Assembly (NCBI GenBank): GCA_050739255.1
Contig: JBOIAY010000089.1
Location: 1 to 37,283, forward strand
Source: Gammaproteobacteria bacterium
GTDB lineage: Bacteria > Pseudomonadota > Gammaproteobacteria > Natronospirales > REEB76
DNA length: 37,283 nucleotides
Direction: 5' to 3'
A program made the translations under genes and the position numbers. The number at the start of each line of letters is the position of its first letter. Within the stretch, counting starts at the first letter, position 1. The notes below the pieces were generated by a model, which made no database searches, was not told the DNA's origin, and saw nothing but the letters and a program-made list of their open reading frames with translations. Below, piece after piece: positions 29,773 to 37,283 of the stretch.

Positions 29773-32700
29773 TCAGAACTTGACCTGCAGCCCAAGCTGG
29801 TAAAACCGGCCCACGGCGCCCTGCTGCGCATACGTCGGGCTGTAATTGTTACCCGCGTAGTCAATCGGGTCGAATGGCGGGCTCTTATTAGTGGCATTCA
29901 GAATGCCGGCGGTCAAGGACCAGTTATCTGTGAGGTGATAAACACCGGTTAGGTCAACGTACCAGAACGCCGGCACACCGCAATCCGCCGGAACATCTTG
30001 ACCGGTATAACCCCCGCTGATGCAAAGACCCACAGGAGCCACATCCGGTGCCGTCATGTTATAGCGGCTCACCCAGTACGCGGTGGCAGTAATGCTGGCC
30101 GGTCCGAACGCAAAGGTGTTCGCCCAGTTCCAGCGGAACTTCGGCGTGCCCGCACCTGAAGACAAATTATAAGGTCCCTCTGTGCCCACCATCGAGATGC
30201 ACGGACCACCCGCCTCCAAGGTTTCGCACCATGTCAGAATCTTGGTGAAGTTGAAATCACTAGTCCAGGTGACCGCACCGAAGCTCTGGTTGTACCGCAG
30301 CTCGACATCAAAGCCGGTGGTCCGCAGTTCATTCTCGTTGAGATACTCCGCATTGAACTGAGCCGGCTTGGGCGTGGCTGTTGGGTACTGCGGATCGGGC
30401 AGGTCCACAATCACCGAACCCGGAGGGAGCGCTGCACCGGCGAAATACTCGGAAATCAGGCCGCCAGTCGCCGGTGGTGCAATCACGTTGGTCTTCAAGA
30501 TGTTGTAATAATCCACCGTGCCGCTGAACGCAGAGAATGGCTGGAACACCGTGCCCAGGGTGTAATTGCGCGAACGTTCCGGCTGGATATCCGGATTTGC
30601 CTCGCTCAAAACACCTATGCTATAGGGCTGCGCATACGTATTCGGCAAGCAGGGGTTGGGTACTGGGCTCGGCTGGACGGTCGCGCAATGCTCATTGACG
30701 AAGTTCGGAGCCGAGAGAGCCGGATTGAAAGATGAGAACCCAAGCGAGGAACTTGATCCATTCTCCGAGAACGCGGGGGCTCTAAAACCGCGGGAATAGG
30801 TGCCGCGGAACGCCAATTGCGAAAGCGGGGTCCACTTGATACCGAATTTCGGCGAGAACGCGCTGCCGAAATCCGAGTAGTGGTCCTCACGCGCCGACAG
30901 GTCCATTTCCAGAGAAGTCAGCACCGGGGCATCCAACTCGGCGAACACCGCCGCCACGTTGCGGTGGCCGATGGTCTGGGCAATGCCCAAACCCTCGTAG
31001 TTATTCCCTGGATTCAGGCTTGGATCATCCTGGGCCTCGTAGCGCCATTGACCGCCTACCGCCAAACCCAAAGGTCCACCCGGCAGGTTGGCTAGAGAAC
31101 CATTGACGGTAAAATCAATGGAATCCTCATCGGTGGTCGCGGTTACCCCATTCGGCGGCGCCAAGGCATCGCGGGTAGCCTGCGAATTGAGCGAGGGATT
31201 CACAAAGTTGTAGGAACCATCTGTGACATCGCTGATCAATTGCGGGTAATACAAAAACCCATAAAGATTGTAGTTCAACCAGGCATGATTGAGGTTCAAG
31301 GCTGCGTCGTAACTCCAGTTGTCGTTGAACGCGCCGTTGACGTCCGCATCCATGCGCATCACGTGGTTGACGTCGGTTTCCCAGCCGAATCCTGGCAGGT
31401 CGCCGAATCCGTAGTTGATTTTGGCATACTGGCAGCCGGGGGTGTTCACGTTTGCTCCGGGGCCGGGGGCGGCCACGCCCGCACAACCCGCCGCTGTCGC
31501 AAACGGATCATTCGGGTTAATCGAACCATCCGGCAGCACCGGCGGCAGGACAATATTACCGGTGTTGGTCGGTACGGCGTTTTGAATAGTCGGTGTATTG
31601 GGGGAAACTCCAGTGCTCGGTGGCAAAGAGCTATGTGACACCATGCGGAACTGGTTATAACTCGCATTCAGATAGGCCGTGGTGGTCGGGTTTAGATTCA
31701 CCGTAATGCGGCCGTCAACAGATTCACTCTGGGTTTTCGGCTGGATCTGGAGGCCGAAGTTCGGATCGGTAATTTGGTTATAGGTGCAACCGGTGCCGGT
31801 ATTCACGCCGGTGCCTGGATAGGTGACCGGTGTCGGACACGGGCGCAGCGGCTGGAATCTGGTACCCGCAATCTGTTGACCAGCGAGCAGGTTGGGACTG
31901 CCGTCCGCATTGGTACCAGTGACAATCGCGGGTGCCACCGTACCGTAGTTACTGGCACTGATTCCGGGACCGCCAAACGCGGGGTTGCCGCCTACGCATG
32001 AATCGCGATTGCCAGATGGGCTCGTGTCACAAGCATCCAGCGGATAACCGCGCTGGCTATTATTAATCGGCTGTTGTGTGTGAGCTTCGACGCTCAGGTA
32101 TGCGTTAAAATTATTCGTATCCAGATTGCCGGTGCCGGTGATGAAGGTCAAATCCGTCGAGGTACCGCCGCCTTGTGATGAGGTGCCAAATTGCGCGGTC
32201 GCGCGCGAGCCGTTATAGGACGGATACAGAATAATATTGATGACGCCGGCGATGGCATCGGCGCCGTAGATGGAAGACGCGCCGTCTTTCAGCACTTCAA
32301 TGCGCTCCACGGCGTTCAGCGGAATGGTGTTCAAATCGGTAAACGAGCGTTCGCCGTCGTCCGCCAGCGGATACGCAGTGGTGCGGCGCCCGTCAATCAA
32401 GACCAGGGTGGAGTTCACCGTCAGGCCGCGCAGTGCTACGCCGGAGGAGCCGTTGGCGAAACCGGCGGTAAACGCGTTTGGAATGGTGCCGCTGTTGTCG
32501 GCGGACAGGGTACGCAGTACATCCGAAATCGTGGTCAGGCCGCTTTCCCGGATTTGTTTGGCGGTGATCACCGTGACCGGCGCCGGTGTTTCGATGCTGG
32601 TGCGCGGAATCGCCGAACCCGTCACCATGATGCGGCCGAGTTGCGCCGTGGGCGCTGCATTTGAGGTGGCGGCACTGGGTGCGTTCTGGGCGAATACCGT

Positions 32701-32775
32701 AGGCGCCACCAAGGCCACCGCAGTACCCGTCATCAGTCCGTAATGTACGGCTTTGCTGATTAAATCGTGTTTCAT
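29773..32775 (-). CDS. TonB-dependent outer-membrane receptor, paralog 2
   Basis: 1000 aa from ATG 32775, with GAGGAAC upstream. The plug and C-terminus are nearly identical to paralog 1, for example AQNAPSAATSNAAPTAQLGRIMVTGSAIPRTSIETPAPVTVITA and YAGNNYSPTYAQQGAVGRFYQLGLQVKF. The central segments are divergent and carry indels. Confidence 0.9.
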   Translation of the reverse strand: MKHDLISKAVHYGLMTGTAVALVAPTVFAQNAPSAATSNAAPTAQLGRIMVTGSAIPRTSIETPAPVTVITAKQIRESGLTTISDVLRTLSADNSGTIPNAFTAGFANGSSGVALRGLTVNSTLVLIDGRRTTAYPLADDGERSFTDLNTIPLNAVERIEVLKDGASSIYGADAIAGVINIILYPSYNGSRATAQFGTSSQGGGTSTDLTFITGTGNLDTNNFNAYLSVEAHTQQPINNSQRGYPLDACDTSPSGNRDSCVGGNPAFGGPGISASNYGTVAPAIVTGTNADGSPNLLAGQQIAGTRFQPLRPCPTPVTYPGTGVNTGTGCTYNQITDPNFGLQIQPKTQSESVDGRITVNLNPTTTAYLNASYNQFRMVSHSSLPPSTGVSPNTPTIQNAVPTNTGNIVLPPVLPDGSINPNDPFATAAGCAGVAAPGPGANVNTPGCQYAKINYGFGDLPGFGWETDVNHVMRMDADVNGAFNDNWSYDAALNLNHAWLNYNLYGFLYYPQLISDVTDGSYNFVNPSLNSQATRDALAPPNGVTATTDEDSIDFTVNGSLANLPGGPLGLAVGGQWRYEAQDDPSLNPGNNYEGLGIAQTIGHRNVAAVFAELDAPVLTSLEMDLSAREDHYSDFGSAFSPKFGIKWTPLSQLAFRGTYSRGFRAPAFSENGSSSSLGFSSFNPALSAPNFVNEHCATVQPSPVPNPCLPNTYAQPYSIGVLSEANPDIQPERSRNYTLGTVFQPFSAFSGTVDYYNILKTNVIAPPATGGLISEYFAGAALPPGSVIVDLPDPQYPTATPKPAQFNAEYLNENELRTTGFDVELRYNQSFGAVTWTSDFNFTKILTWCETLEAGGPCISMVGTEGPYNLSSGAGTPKFRWNWANTFAFGPASITATAYWVSRYNMTAPDVAPVGLCISGGYTGQDVPADCGVPAFWYVDLTGVYHLTDNWSLTAGILNATNKSPPFDPIDYAGNNYSPTYAQQGAVGRFYQLGLQVKF

Positions 32776-33327
32776 GAGTAGTTCCTCATTCAAGTAGATC
32801 GAGTTTCAACGGCTTTGTAATTCATCATGTGCGACTGATTACCGAAGTGCATCTCTGGATCTTCCGTGTTTGCTTTATTGCAACACGCAAATCCGTGATG
32901 GAAAATACCAAATTGGTACCTGTCGCGAAAATGTTTCAGTTTGCTGCACGCGTTTGAGTATGACGGGTAATAGAAATAGTTCCAGTCAAAAACAGAGGGG
33001 ATTCATGACGTTGAAAGACGGATATCTGCCAGCGGCGTATCGAAATCATCATTCAAGACACGAATATCACTATTTCGTACATAATTTTTCTCGCCAATCC
33101 AGCATCTCAATCGAATCTGGCACCCGGACGCTGCTGCATGATCGTCGAGGAAACCTGAAGAGTTGCAGATATGGCTGGTCGAAAGTGATGACGAGAGAAC
33201 TGAAAATCTATACGAACGGCTTGAACAAGTATGTAACCGGATGTTATGAGTCAAGTAACGGGTGACGTTCGGCCTTGAGACGCCATATTTCGACTGGATA
33301 TTCTTGAATGCTCGGCTAGAATGCAGT

Positions 33328-33433
33328 TTGCATTGCGCCAAGTGACGCAATGTACAAGCGCCGGCTATTTGGAAAGTCGCTGTTACGTTGCTGTTCTCCG
33401 ACCTTTCCTCAAGTAGAGTAGCCGGCGCTTTTT
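33328..33433 (+). ncRNA. Candidate small structured RNA / complex intrinsic terminator, copy B
   Basis: TAGAAT (33317-33322) is followed by hairpin 1, TGCATTGCG (33329-33337) / CGCAATGTA (33346-33354). The long hairpin has outer stem AAGCGCCGGCTA (33356-33367) / TAGCCGGCGCTT (33419-33430) and inner stem GGAAAGTCG / CGACCTTTCC, followed by TTTTT. Confidence 0.35.
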
Positions 33434-33544
33434 ATTGCCCAGCATTGTTGCAGATCAGACGATAATGAATAGCCAAGAAACAGCAGCGCCTGGCCAGCTT
33501 GAATCAGGGGTATCGGCGAGCGATGGATTACGTGAGCCTCCAAA

Positions 33545-33961
33545 TTATTTGCGTTCGGAATCCGGACTCAGCAAAAACTGTTTCCGGATATCCTTTTTAT
33601 AGGTTGATCCGGAGGTGATCGTCACATCATTAACAAGTGTAAATTCATAGTCATTCTGTTTTGACCTTATTTCCTTGACGTGCTCCTTGCTGATAATGAA
33701 AGAACGGTGGACCCGCACAAAAAGGCTCATTGGAAGCCTGTTTTCAATGTCCGCAATCTGCTCCTTAGTATGCAGGATTTCTCCAGATACTGTAGCGATG
33801 TCAACATAATTCCCGCAAGCCTGTATATACAGGATATTCATCAGGTTGATAAATCTAATATGTGTCCCGACTTTAACCGGAAGTTTCCCGATCAGATTCA
33901 TGAGTTCATTTTTTGCAATGAAATCCGGCATCATTTGAAGCACATGACTAGATGCATTCAT
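33545..33961 (-). CDS. Stand-alone LytTR-domain DNA-binding protein (no receiver domain)
   Basis: 138 aa. The region IRFINLMNILYIQACGNYVDIATVSGEILHTKEQIADIENRLPMSLFVRVHRSFIISKEHVKEI fits the LytTR pattern (I-x-Y-x-E-x-x-x-x-Y ... L-x-x-F-x-R-x-H-R-S-x-I-V-N). The gene sits in an AT-rich island. Confidence 0.8.
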   Translation of the reverse strand: MNASSHVLQMMPDFIAKNELMNLIGKLPVKVGTHIRFINLMNILYIQACGNYVDIATVSGEILHTKEQIADIENRLPMSLFVRVHRSFIISKEHVKEIRSKQNDYEFTLVNDVTITSGSTYKKDIRKQFLLSPDSERK

Positions 33962-34246
33962 TCACAAGACTCCAAATTAAATACGTGATGAGTCATATCC
34001 AGGTAATGGCGCTAAGGTGTCGATCTCCGGCCAAGATAGAACTGGCGCCTGTCAAATATTGAGAGCCGTAACATAGCTTTAATATAGTCGGCATATTTAG
34101 GCTCGCACCTGCAAAATTCTTACAAATAACCGATTCATTTCTAACTTCTCCTTGAATAGAGACGACGCGCGTCACCGTTTTTGCGCACAAGCAGAGTTGG
34201 TCTGTCGCGGTCCGCGAGGCTTTACCGCGCCTGATGTATTTAGACT

Positions 34247-34978
34247 TTACTTGTAGGCTGGTCCAAGCGTGCCGTCGGACCAGTGCGGCACAATGACATA
34301 GAAGACGGAAGTGTCTTCGTCGGCATTGCCCATCAGCACCGGCGACCCTGGCAGGTTGGCTCCCCATAGCGATGCCTCAGTGCGCGGCACGTACAACATA
34401 ACGTGCGGATGCCAGGGGCCCGCTGCGGCGTCATTCAGATAACCACCTTTCGACATCATGTAGCACATGGCGCCAGGTTCCGGCGCCTTGAGCTTTCCGG
34501 CCGCTAGCTCGGCTCTCTCGCGATTTTGCATCTCAGTCTTGGGCACACCGGCCAAGACCCATTCGGTACGCGTGAGATACCGTGGGAGAACGGAACGCGC
34601 GGCTGCCGCATTGTCACAAAACGGGGCACGCATCTTCGGATTCCAAAACTGGGAGTTGGTGAAATTGTTGTCCCAGGCTCTTACTACGAGGCAGACGAAG
34701 CCGTTGGTGCCTTTGACGGCGATGTCGTAGCCGCGCTCCCCAAGCACAAGCACCTCTGCATGATCCGAGATGGACGCCGGGGCCGCGCTGCGGGCGAGCG
34801 CGATCTCGTCGGCCTCGCTCGCCATGCGGTATTGCCCAATCGGGGCCATGGTGGGGTACGTATCTTTCCCAGCCGCTCGGGCTGGGTTGACCCATAGTGC
34901 GGCCATCAGGCATCCCAATATCAGAATCAGCGCCTGTATGCTGCGGCCCTCTCGCATCTTCAACTGCTTGGCTTTCAT
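34247..34978 (-). CDS. Secreted hypothetical protein
   Basis: Start is ATG 34978 with GAGGAG upstream. The signal peptide is MKAKQLKMREGRSIQALILILGCLMAALWVNPARA|AGKD. I recognise no family. Confidence 0.6.
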   Translation of the reverse strand: MKAKQLKMREGRSIQALILILGCLMAALWVNPARAAGKDTYPTMAPIGQYRMASEADEIALARSAAPASISDHAEVLVLGERGYDIAVKGTNGFVCLVVRAWDNNFTNSQFWNPKMRAPFCDNAAAARSVLPRYLTRTEWVLAGVPKTEMQNRERAELAAGKLKAPEPGAMCYMMSKGGYLNDAAAGPWHPHVMLYVPRTEASLWGANLPGSPVLMGNADEDTSVFYVIVPHWSDGTLGPAYK

Positions 34979-35013
34979 GGTCTCTCTCCTCAATCAGATC
35001 TGTAGGGTACGCG

Positions 35014-35472
35014 TTAAGCTGACGGGACCGGGTGGTCCTCAGCGAATCGTCGTATCAGCTTTCTGAGCGCGCCGTCCCAGCCCCCTTCGTGGCTGCTGGC
35101 GGAGGTCTCATTACTCAATTCCGAATGGACGAGCGTGAGTTCAGTACCCGTGTCGATAGGGCGCAGGTGGAATTCAAGTCGCGAGGTATTGCCGCGTTCC
35201 TCGGGGGGGCCGCCGGAGACCCAGCGCCAGCTCATGATGACCCGCTCGGGCCTGGCGATCTCGAGGAACTCGCCGGCGCTTTCATGCTCGAGGCCATCCC
35301 AACAAGGGAAACGCACCCGGAAACTTCCGCCGACCCGTGTATCCGCTACCGCGGATGCCACCGGCAGATCGTCCGGCCCCCACCATGAACCGATGCCCTC
35401 TGCGGTCACAAGGGCATCGAAGACGATGTCGGGCCGGGCGGCAATGCGGCGCACGAGGACGGCTTTATTCAT
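35014..35472 (-). CDS. SRPBCC/AHSA1-family protein
   Basis: 152 aa. The N-terminus LVRRIAARPDIVFDALVTAEGIGSWWGP is typical of Aha1-like SRPBCC proteins. The start overlaps the stop of the ArsR gene (ATGA), which is the usual pairing. Confidence 0.8.
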   Translation of the reverse strand: MNKAVLVRRIAARPDIVFDALVTAEGIGSWWGPDDLPVASAVADTRVGGSFRVRFPCWDGLEHESAGEFLEIARPERVIMSWRWVSGGPPEERGNTSRLEFHLRPIDTGTELTLVHSELSNETSASSHEGGWDGALRKLIRRFAEDHPVPSA

Positions 35473-35843
35473 CTACCCTTCTCCCACGACTCGCGTTCCT
35501 TCGCTTCGGCATAGGCGACGAGGCGATCCAGGCTGGTGGACCAGAAGCGCTTGTAACGCTGCAGCCAATTCACGGCTCCCTTCATGGAGCCGCCGACAAT
35601 CTTGACCTTTACCGTGCGCCCTGTCTTTGAGCGGCGTATCAGGCCAACTTCGGAAAGCACTTCGAGGTGCTTCATGATCGCGGGCAGCTTGATGGCGAAG
35701 GGCTCCGCGAGATCGCTCACTGAGAGGGTGCGTTTGCGGGCGAGGCGCGCCAGTATGGCGCGCCGCGTGGGGTCACTCAGGGCAGCGAACACGCGGTTCA
35801 GGCGTTCTTCACGATAGTTCACCATAGAGTGAACTATAGGCAA
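35469..35843 (-). CDS. ArsR/SmtB-family transcriptional regulator
   Basis: VFAALSDPTRRAILARLARKRTLSVSDLAEPFAIKLPAIMKHLEVLSEVGLI is a winged HTH of ArsR type. The track start is TTG 35843; ATG 35825 (MVNYREERL) is a likely alternative. Confidence 0.85.
   Translation of the reverse strand: MPIVHSMVNYREERLNRVFAALSDPTRRAILARLARKRTLSVSDLAEPFAIKLPAIMKHLEVLSEVGLIRRSKTGRTVKVKIVGGSMKGAVNWLQRYKRFWSTSLDRLVAYAEAKERESWEKGR
35814..35837. promoter_or_regulatory. 9-6-9 perfect palindrome at the arsR-like start, candidate auto-operator
   Basis: ATAGTTCAC (35814-35822) - CATAGA - GTGAACTAT (35829-35837), centred on the ATG at 35825..35823. Confidence 0.3.
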
Positions 35844-35904
35844 CCTGCGTTAGGTTCGCGCCTGTGAAATCCTTATATATTGCTGATTCATTTCTGACTT
35901 CTTC

Positions 35905-36095
35905 TCATTTACCCGGGAAGTCTTGTGCCAGAAACCCGCGAAACAACTCTGCGATTTCCGGTGTCGCTTCGTCCAGCGCGAAGTGGCCGGCATCCAGCAG
36001 ATGAATCTCAGCTTCGGGTAGGTCTTGGCCGTAAGCCAGAGCTCCTGCGATCGTGAATGACGTGTCGTATTTACCCCAGATCATTAAGGGAATAC
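35905..36095 (-). pseudogene. C-terminal fragment of an alpha/beta-hydrolase-fold gene
   Basis: Hand translation gives ...PLMIWGKYDTSFTIAGALAYGQDLPEAEIHLLDAGHFALDEATPEIAELFRGFLAQDFPGK*. It matches the P-x-L-x-IWG-x-x-D ... GHF tail of the family. The frame hits a stop at 36160-36162 and has no N-terminal catalytic part or start codon. Confidence 0.55.
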
Positions 36096-36099
36096 ACCC

Positions 36100-36306
36100 A
36101 TGTTCCGGAGCTGCTTTTTCCGTCAGATTGTATTGGTGCCTGCCTTGGCCCTGCTGGCTTTAGTCGCAGGCGCTGCCCAAGCCGGCAACACACTCATGCG
36201 CAATCCCACCCTGCATGGGAATTCCGTGGTGTTCGAGGCCCACAGCAATCTATGGGAAGTGAACCGCGCCGTCGGCACGGCCCGCCCAGTTAAGCCCAAC
36301 GCATGA
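36100..36306 (+). pseudogene. N-terminal fragment of a tricorn-like (S41) periplasmic protease
   Basis: The signal peptide MFRSCFFRQIVLVPALALLALVAGAAQA is followed by GNTLMRNPTLHGNSVVFEAHSNLWEV. This resembles the LLRFPDIHGD-x-VVF-x-x-x-GDLW start of tricorn protease homologs, which are normally over 1000 aa. Here the ORF stops after 68 aa. Confidence 0.45.
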
Positions 36307-36599
36307 TCCAGAAGCTGGATTCGCCTGCCTCGCTGATATTAGCATTCTGCACTATGAGAACGGTCTTTACTGAGTGAGTGATTGTTTCTATTAACATCAG
36401 ACTACGGGGCGCCCGTTGCATATGCAGGACCGTTCCTAAGCATGCAGCACACAATCTCGTAAAAGTCTCGCAACATAATTTCTGGATTGGATATGCTTTT
36501 AAAAACTGGATAGTGTAGAGATCACGCAGGGCAATATACGCGCCCTACCCTATTTTTGGGAATTTCACAACCAATACATCAGAGATGGAGGCCATCAAT

Positions 36600-36974
36600 A
36601 TGAGATCCGCAGTACTATTACTCGGGGTAGCGTTATTCAGTTACGGCGCAGGTTTTTTATGCAACGAAGAAGCTAGAGGCCAACAGACGTCCACGTCTCA
36701 AGACCACATAACTACTACGCATTACAGACATTTTGTTAAGATCAACATGCCAAAAAGTTATATGGACGGTATTGTTATACCTTGTATGACGGATGATTCT
36801 ACATTTTCGAAGTTAAATAAAAAAAACTACTTCGAACAGAATTGCCTAACTAACTGGCCCCATCTCCTCATTGCCATCCTCCTTAACGTCAAAAGGCGAG
36901 GAGCTCGCGCTCACCCGCCTATACGTTATATAAATAAACAATATGACTGCTTTGGAAGTCGAGATAGATCCTGA
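36600..36974 (+). CDS. Hypothetical small secreted protein in an AT-rich island (weak)
   Basis: ATG 36600 is preceded by GGAGG. MRSAVLLLGVALFSYGAGFLC looks like a signal sequence. I recognise no family and the composition is atypical for the window. Confidence 0.25.
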   Translation: MRSAVLLLGVALFSYGAGFLCNEEARGQQTSTSQDHITTTHYRHFVKINMPKSYMDGIVIPCMTDDSTFSKLNKKNYFEQNCLTNWPHLLIAILLNVKRRGARAHPPIRYINKQYDCFGSRDRS

Positions 36975-37243
36975 ACTGAACTAAACACTGCACAAACGAG
37001 CACAATTTCGGCACTGGAAATGCCCCTGAAAAGCCGCTGCCAAGCTCATCCAGGAGGCCATTAGGTAATCCCGGCTCCATGCCGTATACTGCGCCCCGAG
37101 TTTGAGGCGACGCGATCCGGTCTGTTGTCCCGCAAACCCATCGCGGCCTACCTTCATAGAGCGTATTCCCCGATCCCCTTAATAAATTCACTGCCTGGAC
37201 CGGCATGGCGCACATGCGTCAGCAGGCGGCTCCAGGAGTATTT

Positions 37244-37283
37244 ATGTCATTTTCTTCCCTCGGCCTGACGGCCGAGTTGCTGC
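37244..37283 (+). CDS. 5' end of a DEAD-box RNA helicase (RhlE-like), truncated by the window edge
   Basis: AGGAG (37234-37238) is followed by ATG 37244. MSFSSLGLTAELL matches the common RhlE start MSF-x-x-LGL-x-x-x-LL. Only 13 codons are visible. Confidence 0.4.
   Translation, partial: MSFSSLGLTAELL

Larger units (their letters stand above)
29773..33486. repeat. Tandem duplication unit B (receptor gene + upstream region)
   Basis: See unit A. The central 330-340 nt of the upstream region is not alignable between the units. Confidence 0.8.

Noticed and set aside
32870-33265. 131-aa + strand ORF (or 86 aa from ATG 33005 with a GAGGGG RBS) upstream of TBDR paralog 2, followed by the structured terminator-like element.
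   Set aside because: It has no counterpart in the duplicated unit A, where the equivalent stretch has only ORFs under 40 aa. Its composition is odd (His/Tyr/Asn/Ser-rich, AT-rich DNA) and I recognise no family. It is kept only as a note because a real small gene here would turn the 'sRNA' into a plain terminator.
33993-34367. 124-aa minus-strand ORF between the LytTR gene and the secreted-protein gene. Also the 98-aa ORF at 36919-37215 and the 62-169 aa ORFs at 18868-19377.
   Set aside because: They overlap better-supported genes or long 5' leaders, lack an RBS, and translate to low-complexity Arg/Cys/Gly-rich sequences. They are probably spurious.
1-37283. Search for CRISPR arrays, tRNA/rRNA genes and riboswitches (including a B12 box upstream of the TonB-dependent receptors).
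   Set aside because: I saw no regularly spaced short direct repeats, no tRNA-like T-loop/acceptor patterns, no rRNA-like stretches, and no B12-box (GCCACTG-type) motif in the receptor leaders. A by-eye search cannot exclude small or divergent RNAs.

Overview
High-GC (visibly about 60-65%) proteobacterial-looking chromosomal segment in three parts. No rRNA, tRNA or CRISPR array was found by eye.
(1) 0.6-18.7 kb, minus strand: a complete group 1h (Hhy, 'actinobacterial/high-affinity' type) [NiFe]-hydrogenase supercluster. It holds hhyS-hhyL, a block of four conserved unknown genes, an endopeptidase and a 44-aa membrane peptide missing from the ORF track. It also holds hypF, hypC, a SIS-domain gene, hypD, hypE, an unknown 192-aa gene, hypA, hypB and a HoxN-type Ni permease. 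Most junctions are start/stop overlaps. A PAS histidine kinase and a FixJ/LuxR-type regulator sit directly upstream on the same strand.
(2) 18.9-25.5 kb: a DUF2231 membrane protein, a hairpin-rich MITE-like element, a DUF1841 gene and a bufferin-type RiPP operon (DUF2282 precursor, DUF692/MNIO, DUF2063, DoxX). The 3' end of the DoxX gene is duplicated as a perfect 109-bp direct repeat. The two copies bracket a 1.24-kb two-gene cassette (nucleotidyltransferase-fold protein plus a divergent small basic protein). An intact IS5-family element follows.
(3) 25.6-37.3 kb: a tandem duplication of about 3.7 kb carrying two paralogous TonB-dependent receptors, with an IS5 transposase remnant at the junction. 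Each unit has a duplicated structured-RNA/terminator-like element with compensatory changes. Then come AT-rich islands with a stand-alone LytTR regulator, a secreted unknown protein, an ArsR/SRPBCC pair, two truncated gene fragments and the first codons of an RhlE-like helicase.
Best candidates for something undescribed: the repeat-flanked NTase cassette, the unknown genes and two-component system tied to the 1h hydrogenase, and the duplicated structured RNA. All family names are from motif recognition by eye and need HMM or BLAST confirmation.
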